Below, one piece after another: positions 32,348 to 39,594 of a stretch of DNA of 51,230 bases; position 1 is the stretch's first letter, and each line of letters opens with the position of its first letter. The notes beneath the pieces are model-generated. The model did no database searches and had not been told where the DNA came from. It saw only the letters and a list, made by a program, of their open reading frames with translations. The DNA lies in NCBI GenBank assembly GCA_964501445.1, contig CAZCSJ010000003.1:1-51230 (forward strand), in the 5' to 3' direction. A program made the position numbers and the translations under genes. The DNA is from an uncultured Candidatus Saccharibacteria bacterium. GTDB lineage: Bacteria > Patescibacteriota > Minisyncoccia > Sungbacterales > HO2-52-23.

Positions 32348-33832
32348 ATGGAGAATGCAAAGAAATTCTACATCACAACCGCGATTGACTATGTGAATGC
32401 GCGGCCGCACATAGGCCACGCGCTTGAAAAGATTCAAGCCGATGTTCTCGCGCGCTATCATCGTCTTAAGGGCGACGATGTCTTTTTTTTGACCGGAACG
32501 GACGAGCACGGCGCAAAAATCGCGCGCGCGGCAGAGGAAGCGGGTGAAAATCCGGAGGAATTTACAGATACCATTTCGCAGAAGTTCCGCGGCCTCAAAG
32601 AGATATTGGATCTCTCATGGGATGATTTTATTCGTACGAGCGACCACGCGCGCCATTGGCCCGGCGCGCAAAAAGTATGGGCGGCACTTTTAGAAAAAGG
32701 AGACCTCTATAAAAAGAATTACCGGGGGCTCTATTGCGTGGGGCATGAAGCATTTGTGACGGAAAAGGATTTGGTGGGCGGCGTGTGCCGCGACCATCAG
32801 AAAGCGCCGGAAGTGATTGAAGAGGAGAACTATTTTTTCCGCCTCTCGAAATACGGGCCCGATATTGAGAAGGCAATCACAAGTGATGAATTGAAAATTG
32901 TCCCCGCAACGCGAAAAAAAGAAATTCTTTCGTTTATCCGTGCGGGGCTTGAGGATGTGAGTTTTTCGCGTCCGCGCAAAGATCTGCCGTGGGGGATTCC
33001 CGTGCCCAATGATTCCGAGCACACGATGTATGTATGGTGCGATGCGCTCACGAGTTACCTTACGGCGCTTGGGTATGGGCAAGACGACTCAAAACTCAAA
33101 ACTCAGAACTCAAAACTGGATTATTGGCCCGCGGATATTCATGTGATAGGGAAAGATATTCTACGTTTCCATGCCGCAATTTGGCCCGGGATGCTCCTTT
33201 CGGCCGGTCTTCCTTTACCGCGTTCCATTTTCGTCCACGGCTTTATCACGGTGGAGGGACAGAAGATGTCAAAAACCATTGGGAATGTGGTTGATCCGGT
33301 GGAGCTTGTGAAAAAGTACGGTACGGATCCGGTGCGCTACTTTTTGCTTCGCGAGATTCCGACCACCGAAGACGGCGATTTCAGCGTGAAAAAATTTGAG
33401 GATCGCTACCACGGCGACCTTGCAAATGGCATCGGGAATTTGGTGTCGCGCGTGGCGACACTGGGCGAGCGCATAAGCCCGATCTCTTTTGATTTCAAAA
33501 AAGATATTGCGAGTGAAATAGATGGCGCGGCGGAGCTTGTATTTAAAGAGTATGAGGCGCATATCACCGAGTTTCGATTGAATGATGCGCTTGCGGATAT
33601 ATGGCAACTCGTTTCGTCTGGTGATAAATATATCAATGAAAAGAAACCGTGGGAGCTAAAAGGCGAGGAATTGCAGCTCGTCCTGGTCAATGTGGGGTAT
33701 CTCATCGGCGTGATTGCCAATCTCTTGGAACCGTTTCTGCCCGAGACCGCGGAGAAAATCCGCGCGCAGGTGCGCTTTGACGACTCAACGATTGTGTTCA
33801 AAAAAGGCGACCCGCTTTTTCCTCGACTATAG
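32348..33832 (+). CDS. metG: Methionine--tRNA ligase (short form)
   Basis: 494-aa ORF with HIGH region (NARPHIGHALE) and KMSKS (QKMSKTIGN). It contains a short stutter insertion (DDSKLKTQNSKLD). Confidence 0.93.
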   Translation: MENAKKFYITTAIDYVNARPHIGHALEKIQADVLARYHRLKGDDVFFLTGTDEHGAKIARAAEEAGENPEEFTDTISQKFRGLKEILDLSWDDFIRTSDHARHWPGAQKVWAALLEKGDLYKKNYRGLYCVGHEAFVTEKDLVGGVCRDHQKAPEVIEEENYFFRLSKYGPDIEKAITSDELKIVPATRKKEILSFIRAGLEDVSFSRPRKDLPWGIPVPNDSEHTMYVWCDALTSYLTALGYGQDDSKLKTQNSKLDYWPADIHVIGKDILRFHAAIWPGMLLSAGLPLPRSIFVHGFITVEGQKMSKTIGNVVDPVELVKKYGTDPVRYFLLREIPTTEDGDFSVKKFEDRYHGDLANGIGNLVSRVATLGERISPISFDFKKDIASEIDGAAELVFKEYEAHITEFRLNDALADIWQLVSSGDKYINEKKPWELKGEELQLVLVNVGYLIGVIANLLEPFLPETAEKIRAQVRFDDSTIVFKKGDPLFPRL

Positions 33833-33835
33833 AAA

Positions 33836-33855
33836 AAACGGGCGGCTGCCCGTTT
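33836..33855 (+). terminator. Rho-independent terminator-like hairpin after metG
   Basis: aaacgggc-ggct-gcccgttt lies directly after the metG stop. It has only a short T run. Confidence 0.55.
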
Positions 33856-33988
33856 AGCGGCGGTTGGTGGCAAGGACTACGAATATAAGATAGATCACGA
33901 AAGATATTGTAATTCCCATCACACCCACTTGTTGATAACAAATAATAAGAACTCCAATAAAAGTGAGTAAGCTTATCCCGACCGGCAT
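33854..33988 (-). CDS. Possible 44-aa two-TM micro-protein
   Basis: Hand translation gives MPVGISLLTFIGVLIICYQQVGVMGITISFVIYLIFVVLATNRR. It is below the track cutoff and is supported only by hydrophobic periodicity and intergenic position. Confidence 0.25.
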   Translation of the reverse strand: MPVGISLLTFIGVLIICYQQVGVMGITISFVIYLIFVVLATNRR

Positions 33989-34026
33989 TGACATGTGTAC
34001 CACCTCTCTCACTATCAGCTTTGATT

Positions 34027-34923
34027 ATGGCACAGCGTTTTTTTGATGTCCACGCCCATACGCAGTTTGCCGCATACCAAGACGACGCGGATGCGGTGAT
34101 TCAGCGCGCGCTGGATGCGGGCGTATGGATGATACAAGTCGGCACCCAGCGCGATACATCAGCATCCGCGATTGCGATCGCGGAAAAATATCCTGAGGGC
34201 GTGTATGCGACTGTAGGTCTCCACCCGATTCATACGGAAAAGTCGTATCACGACGAACAGGAATTAGGAATTATGAATAATGAATTAGGGGAACCCTCCT
34301 TCGCTGAAGCTTCGGAAGGGTTAAAAGGCTTCACAAGCCGCGGCGAGGAATTTGATTATGAGTACTATAAAAAATTAGCACTCCATCCGAAAGTGGTGGG
34401 GATAGGCGAGTGCGGGCTTGATTACTACAGAATTACGAATGATGAATTACGAATTAAGGAAAAACAGAAGCGAGCATTTATACAGCAAATCGAGCTTGCT
34501 CGTGAAGTAGAAAAACCCCTTATGATTCATTGCAGGGAAGCCTTTAGTGATTTGATAGAGGTCCTTAATTCATACTTCTTAACTCATAATTCCAGCCGTT
34601 CGCCAGGCGTCATCCACTTCTTCTCCGGCACAAAAGAAGACGCCCGCGCGCTCTTGGATCTCGGATTTTCATTTTCCTTCGGCGGTGTGATTACCTTCAC
34701 GCACGATTATGATGAAGTGGTGCGCTATATTCCGCTTGACCGCATTGTGCTAGAAACCGATGCTCCGTATGTTACGCCCGTGCCGCACCGCGGCAAGCGA
34801 AACGAGCCCGCGTATGTGGTGGAGGTAGCGAAGAAGATGGCAGAAGTGAAGCAGATTTCTATGGACGAAGTTGCCTCAAAAACGTTTGGGAATGCAAAGA
34901 TAATTTTTGGATTGACTGCTTAG
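34027..34923 (+). CDS. TatD family metal-dependent hydrolase (DNase)
   Basis: MAQRFFDVHAHTQF...GECGLDYY...PLMIHCREA...VLETDAPYVTP are canonical TatD motifs. The track start TTG 33988 is less likely. It contains two stutter insertions. Confidence 0.88.
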   Translation: MAQRFFDVHAHTQFAAYQDDADAVIQRALDAGVWMIQVGTQRDTSASAIAIAEKYPEGVYATVGLHPIHTEKSYHDEQELGIMNNELGEPSFAEASEGLKGFTSRGEEFDYEYYKKLALHPKVVGIGECGLDYYRITNDELRIKEKQKRAFIQQIELAREVEKPLMIHCREAFSDLIEVLNSYFLTHNSSRSPGVIHFFSGTKEDARALLDLGFSFSFGGVITFTHDYDEVVRYIPLDRIVLETDAPYVTPVPHRGKRNEPAYVVEVAKKMAEVKQISMDEVASKTFGNAKIIFGLTA

Positions 34924-34940
34924 TAAGCGATTGATATCAT

Positions 34941-35162
34941 TTGAATATGACTATTGCTATCAAAAGGAAAATTAAGAAAGATTTAAGGGAGGTATCTCAA
35001 CGTATGGGCATCACGGAACATGATGTTGTGGATCGCGCACTTCTGCTGTATTTGGAGAGTGTAAAAAAGATTACTGAAGTGCAAAGAGAGTTTGAGGCAT
35101 GGGATGCATTGAGCGATGAGTCATTCTCGCTTTTATCCAAGCGTACACGGTTTGGTTTATGA
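34941..35162 (+). CDS. Ribbon-helix-helix antitoxin (MazE/CopG-like)
   Basis: 73-aa ORF (ATG at 34947 is possible). It overlaps the downstream MazF-like gene by 4 nt. Confidence 0.65.
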   Translation: MNMTIAIKRKIKKDLREVSQRMGITEHDVVDRALLLYLESVKKITEVQREFEAWDALSDESFSLLSKRTRFGL

Positions 35163-35485
35163 AAAAAGGAGAGGTTTGGCTTGTTGATATTCCCATTGCA
35201 AACGGGCATGAGCAGGGAGGATCGCGCCCCGTTATTGTTATCGCCGATGCACGGGCGAGTGTCGCGATAGTTATTCCTTGCACCTCTAACCTGCAAGCGC
35301 TCCGATTCCCATTTACTCTGCAGGTGAGCCCGTCTCGCGTAAATGGATTCCACACCGCATCCATAGTTCTCGTGCTTCAATTGCGAGCGATTGACAAGAG
35401 ACGCTTGCATAAAAAAGTAGGCATTCTTGAGAAGAAAACGCTCAAAGAGATTGATGGGATGGTTAAAAACCTTCTCGATATTTGA
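35159..35485 (+). CDS. mazF: Type II toxin, MazF/PemK family endoribonuclease
   Basis: 108-aa ORF with MKKGEVWLVDIPIANGHEQGGSRPVIVIA...IPCTSN...AIDKRRL, the typical MazF/PemK pattern. Confidence 0.85.
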   Translation: MKKGEVWLVDIPIANGHEQGGSRPVIVIADARASVAIVIPCTSNLQALRFPFTLQVSPSRVNGFHTASIVLVLQLRAIDKRRLHKKVGILEKKTLKEIDGMVKNLLDI

Positions 35486-38400
35486 TTGTGCGCTATCTCC
35501 CGCAACAATTTGAGAAAAAGTGGCAAAAGAAGTGGCTCAAAGAGAAAATCTATGAGCCCGATTTGGCGCGATCCGCAAGCCGGCGGAAACCTTTCTATAA
35601 CCTCATGATGTTTCCGTATCCGTCTGCGGAGGGGCTTCATGTGGGTAATATGTATGCGTTTACGGGTGCGGACATATATGGGAGATTCAAGCGGATGCAG
35701 GGATATGATGTGTTTGAGCCGATTGGGCTTGATGGGTTTGGGATTCATTCGGAGAATTATGCGATAAAAGTGGGCAAGCACCCTGCGGAGCAGGCGAAAA
35801 TTTCAGAGAAGAATTTCTACCGGCAATTGCAGATGCTTGGTAACGGCTTTGCGTGGAATGAACGGCTCGAAACCTACGACCCTGAATACTATAAGTGGAC
35901 CCAATGGATTTTTATCCAGATGTTCAAGCGCGGGCTCGCGTATCGCAAAAAGGCCGCGGTGAATTGGTGTCCTTCGTGTAAAACCGTGCTCGCGGATGAG
36001 CAAGTCATCCAAAAGAAGCAAGAAGCAAGAATCAAGAATCAAGGCAAAACGGTTAGTGTTTGCGAACGGTGCGAGACAGAGGTGGTAAAAAAAGAATTAG
36101 AGCAATGGTTTCTCAGGATTACGAATTATGCCGACCGCCTGCTTAAGAATCTTGAGAAGATTGACTGGTCAGAGAGAATCAAAATCGCGCAGAGAAATTG
36201 GATTGGAAAGTCGGAGGGAGCGAAAATTGAATTCCCGCTCACCTTGAATAAGGATACCAATTTTCTGATATTGCACGGTTATACCGGTCGCGCAGATAAG
36301 AATTTTATCCCTTGGTTAAAAAGAGAACTTGAATCGCGAGGATTTGAGGTGCACGCACCCCAATTACCGAATACAGATTTACCGAAGGAGTCGGAACAGG
36401 TGGGATATGTCCTCAAAAAATGTCGCATGGATGAGCACACGATTGTGATAGGTCATAGTTTGGGTGGCGCGGTTGCGATGAAGGCATTACAGAAGATTAA
36501 CCGTCCTATTGCGGGGCTCGTTCTTGTCGCTCCTACGGTAGAGCCACGATTCCGTACTGGAGCTGAAAGACCGTTCTGGAAAACCTTCTCTTTGGATTAT
36601 GATTACAAAAAAATTAAAAAACTTAGCGGATTCAGAGCGATCATTTCGGATACCCTCGAAAAGGACAAACGAGGCGCTTACTTGGAGTATTTATCGCAAA
36701 GAATATCAGCGTCTTTGTATGAGACCAAGGCAGGAAGAGTGCATTTTACTAGCAACAAAGAACCTTTTGTATTGGAGCATTTAAGTGCACCAATAACCGT
36801 TTTCACGACCCGACCCGATACGATTTTCGGAGCGACATACCTTGTGTTAAGCCCTGAATATCCGTTCGTGGAAAATCACAAATCACAAATCACAAATCAC
36901 AAAGAGGCAGAAGCGTATATCAAGAAAGCTGAATCAAAAACCGAAGAGGAGCGGATAACGGAAGGACGAGAGAAAACAGGCGTTGAACTCAAAGGTATAA
37001 AAGCGATTAATCCCGCAAATGGTGAGGAAATTTCGATATGGGTTGCGGATTATGTTTTAGGCGGCGTGGGAACGGGCGCAATTATGGCAGTACCCGCGCA
37101 CGACGAGCGGGATTTTGAGTTTGCACAAAAATATAATTTGCCGATTCGGATGGTCGTCTGCCCGCACTATCCAGAACCGACATGTCCAGTACTTGATAAT
37201 GCGTATATAGGCGTGGGGCATCTTGTAGATTCCGGAAAATTCTCCGGCATGGATTCCGAGAGCGCAAAATGGGAAATTACGAAATTCGTGGGTGGCAAGA
37301 AAACTTCGCAGTACCGCCTGCGCGATTGGCTTATTTCGCGTCAACGTTATTGGGGTCCCCCGATCCCCATGATCTATTGCGAGAAATGCGGCTGGCAGCC
37401 GGTGCCGGAAAAGGATTTGCCGGTGAAATTGCCGTATGTGAAAAACTTCCGTCCGACCGGAACCGAGAAATCCCCGCTCGCTACCGTAGAGAAATTTTGG
37501 AAAGTCAGATGCCCGAAATGCGGGTCTGCGGCGCGGAGAGAGACCGATGTATCGGATACATTTTTGGATTCTGCGTGGTACTACCTCGGATATCTCCTCG
37601 GAACGAAAAGCGAAAAGCGCAAAGCGAAAAACTACAACGCAAAACTTAAAACCCTTCCTATTGAGAAATCCATACTGAAGCGATGGCTACCGGTTGATAT
37701 GTATATTGGAGGGGCAGAACATGCAGTTTTGCATTTGCTCTACGTGCGTTTCCTCGCAATGGCGCTTCATGATATTGGAGTTCTGAATTTTCCCGCCCAA
37801 GGCGGGTCTGCCTCGGGCAGAGAGGAGCCGTTCAAGCATTTCCGCGCGCATGGTCTTATCATCAAAGACGGCGCGAAAATGTCAAAATCAAAAGGGAATA
37901 TCGTAAATCCCGATGACTACATTCGCGCCTACGGCGCGGACGCGCTCCGGATGTATCTTATGTTTTTGGGACCGTTTGAGCAGGGGGGCGATTTTCGCGA
38001 TTCGGGAATGAAGGGGATTACGCGGTTTTTGGAGCGCGCGTGGAAGTTTGCGAATCAGGTCATCCTGAGTGCGAAGCCCGAAGGATCTCGAGATTCTTCG
38101 CCTACGGCTCAGAATGACAACTTGAAGAGGTTAATTCATAAAACAATTAAAAAAGTCACGGAAGATATTGAGGGGCTTCAATATAATACCGCGGTTTCGG
38201 CGTTGATGGTTTTACTGAATGAATTTGAAGAGCATCGGGATAGCGTAATGTATGAGGATGTAAAAATATTTCTGAAACTTCTCGCCCCTTTTGCTCCCCA
38301 CCTCACGGAAGAATTATGGCAAAAATTGCAAAAGCAAAAGAAGTTTGCGTCTATTCATACGGAGCCGTGGCCAAAATATAATCTCAAATTATTGAAAGAA

Positions 38401-38586
38401 GATACTTTTGAACTCGTGATACAGATAAACGGCAAAGTCCGCGGACGGGCGACATTAGCCGTCGGCGCATCCGAGGCAGAAGCAAAGAAAGCCGCGCTCG
38501 CACTGCCGCAAGTAAAACAATATATCTCCGGTGAGCCAAAGAAAGTAATCTTTGTCCCCAACAAGCTCATCAATTTTGTGGTGTGA
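35482..38586 (+). CDS. leuS: Leucine--tRNA ligase with an embedded alpha/beta serine-hydrolase-like domain
   Basis: 1034-aa ORF with HIGH-region variant (PYPSAEGLHVGNMY), CP1 editing domain (FTTRPDTIFGATYLVLSPE; AIMAVPAHDERDFEFA) and KMSKS (AKMSKSKGN). It also has a ~180-aa insertion carrying GHSLGG and several repeat-derived insertions. The start codon (TTG 35482 or GTG 35488) is uncertain. Confidence 0.93.
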   Translation: MIVRYLPQQFEKKWQKKWLKEKIYEPDLARSASRRKPFYNLMMFPYPSAEGLHVGNMYAFTGADIYGRFKRMQGYDVFEPIGLDGFGIHSENYAIKVGKHPAEQAKISEKNFYRQLQMLGNGFAWNERLETYDPEYYKWTQWIFIQMFKRGLAYRKKAAVNWCPSCKTVLADEQVIQKKQEARIKNQGKTVSVCERCETEVVKKELEQWFLRITNYADRLLKNLEKIDWSERIKIAQRNWIGKSEGAKIEFPLTLNKDTNFLILHGYTGRADKNFIPWLKRELESRGFEVHAPQLPNTDLPKESEQVGYVLKKCRMDEHTIVIGHSLGGAVAMKALQKINRPIAGLVLVAPTVEPRFRTGAERPFWKTFSLDYDYKKIKKLSGFRAIISDTLEKDKRGAYLEYLSQRISASLYETKAGRVHFTSNKEPFVLEHLSAPITVFTTRPDTIFGATYLVLSPEYPFVENHKSQITNHKEAEAYIKKAESKTEEERITEGREKTGVELKGIKAINPANGEEISIWVADYVLGGVGTGAIMAVPAHDERDFEFAQKYNLPIRMVVCPHYPEPTCPVLDNAYIGVGHLVDSGKFSGMDSESAKWEITKFVGGKKTSQYRLRDWLISRQRYWGPPIPMIYCEKCGWQPVPEKDLPVKLPYVKNFRPTGTEKSPLATVEKFWKVRCPKCGSAARRETDVSDTFLDSAWYYLGYLLGTKSEKRKAKNYNAKLKTLPIEKSILKRWLPVDMYIGGAEHAVLHLLYVRFLAMALHDIGVLNFPAQGGSASGREEPFKHFRAHGLIIKDGAKMSKSKGNIVNPDDYIRAYGADALRMYLMFLGPFEQGGDFRDSGMKGITRFLERAWKFANQVILSAKPEGSRDSSPTAQNDNLKRLIHKTIKKVTEDIEGLQYNTAVSALMVLLNEFEEHRDSVMYEDVKIFLKLLAPFAPHLTEELWQKLQKQKKFASIHTEPWPKYNLKLLKEDTFELVIQINGKVRGRATLAVGASEAEAKKAALALPQVKQYISGEPKKVIFVPNKLINFVV
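36235..36785 (+). other. Alpha/beta serine-hydrolase-like (YdeN/RBBP9-type) domain inserted in LeuRS
   Basis: NFLILHGYTGRADKNFIPWLKRELESRGFEVHAPQLPNTDLP...HTIVIGHSLGGAVAMKAL...GLVLVAP carries the nucleophile elbow G-H-S-L-G-G. It lies between the LeuRS blocks NWIGKSEGAKIEF and VFTTRPDT. Confidence 0.7.
38059..38118 (+). repeat. Palindromic GTCATCCTGAG...CTCAGAATGAC element, in frame in leuS
   Basis: gtcatcctgagtgcgaagcccgaaggatctcgagattcttcgcctacggctcagaatgac is 60 nt (20 codons) and encodes VILSAKPEGSRDSSPTAQND. Confidence 0.8.
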
Positions 38587-38608
38587 TTTTGTATTTTTTG
38601 CGGGTGCG

Positions 38609-38617
38609 TGGTATAGA
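38609..38617 (+). promoter_or_regulatory. Candidate extended -10 promoter (TGgTATAGA) of the wHTH gene
   Basis: It lies 90 nt upstream of ATG 38707. It is homologous in sequence and spacing to 16905-16913. Confidence 0.45.
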
Positions 38618-38706
38618 AATAGTTAGTTCTTTGGTCGTCGAGAGTTCCGCAATGGGCGGAACAGACCACCACAATATTGTCAGAAGACGAGGAAAGGAGA
38701 ATCGTC

Positions 38707-39264
38707 ATGATACAGCATGTCAAGGCGAATCTGTATAAGGAGCAGGATGCCCAGCTTACGAAAATCAAGCGGCAGCTCCGACAAAAGTCGGGCTATCCGT
38801 TCAACCCGCAGAAGTTGAAACTCGTGCTTCAGGCGCTCATAGAGGGGCGGTTTGACGGCATCAAGTCACCGGATGATTTCTTCTGCGCGGTGTTCCGCCG
38901 GAGCGAGCAGATCACTATGTGTAAACGAGTTATAATCAATTCTCACCTGCTGCGAATCGATGCATTTCAGCAGAAGGTCTGGGTGGACGATCAGCTTGTT
39001 GAACTGACCCCTACAGAGCTTCAGTTGCTGAACTACTTCCTGCAACAGCACGATCAGATACTGACCTGCGACGAACTAACCGAGGCAATCTGGAATCTCG
39101 CTCACACGGACACCCAGACATTGAAGGTGCACTTGTGCCGAATGCGTCGCAAGCTCTCCCGGTACCTTCCTGATTGTCCACGTCTCATTGGGTCCATACA
39201 CGGTGTGGGGTACCGATTCAACCTGTCCGGTCAGGACCGGCCTATCGCGGTCTCCGTCAAATGA
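38707..39264 (+). CDS. Orphan OmpR/PhoB-type winged-helix DNA-binding protein with a DGR-target-like N-terminal module
   Basis: The likely start is ATG 38707 (MIQHVKANLY...), preceded by ggaaaggagaatcgtc as at 17004. The C-terminus LTPTELQLLNYFLQQHDQILTCDELTEAIW...TLKVHLCRMRRKL...IGSIHGVGYRF is a trans_reg_C-type wHTH. There is no receiver domain. Confidence 0.75.
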   Translation: MIQHVKANLYKEQDAQLTKIKRQLRQKSGYPFNPQKLKLVLQALIEGRFDGIKSPDDFFCAVFRRSEQITMCKRVIINSHLLRIDAFQQKVWVDDQLVELTPTELQLLNYFLQQHDQILTCDELTEAIWNLAHTDTQTLKVHLCRMRRKLSRYLPDCPRLIGSIHGVGYRFNLSGQDRPIAVSVK

Positions 39265-39298
39265 TGAAACGGCTTTTCCCGATATGCCATATAACAGG

Positions 39299-39331
39299 AA
39301 CCTCGTACAGTTTTGTACGAGGTTTTCTTTT
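39299..39331 (+). terminator. Rho-independent terminator after the wHTH gene
   Basis: aacctcgtaca-gttt-tgtacgaggtt is followed by ttcttttg. Confidence 0.75.
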
Positions 39332-39594
39332 GCGAGACGGAATATAAATAGGTATAGTTATATACGATAGGTAATGCTTTTAAGCGAGCCTATCGCACGC
39401 GAGACCAGGTTAACGCCCTTCGACAAGCTCAGGGAATATAAAGTAGATACTCTAAGCGAGCCTCATATGTCTTCGAGACCATTATGGAGGCGCGCGGCTT
39501 GGATCCCGCGAAGCGGGACGCGCGCCGAATAGTGAGCGATGCCGCCCGCAGGAGGCGGCGAGCGTGTCGAGAAGGTATATGAGCGAACGACAAT

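Noticed and set aside
19500-35482. T-box leaders upstream of the aminoacyl-tRNA ligase genes
   Set aside because: The upstream spacers are too short (12 nt for argS, 49 nt for glyQS, 23 nt for metG, overlap for leuS) or are occupied by the GCGAAT cassette (ileS). No T-box consensus sequence was seen.
39332-39594. glmS ribozyme upstream of glmS
   Set aside because: The position is right, but I could not find the conserved core sequences of the ribozyme by eye. The region is largely explained by repeat arms and GC hairpins. It is kept only as a low-interest open question pending a covariance-model scan.
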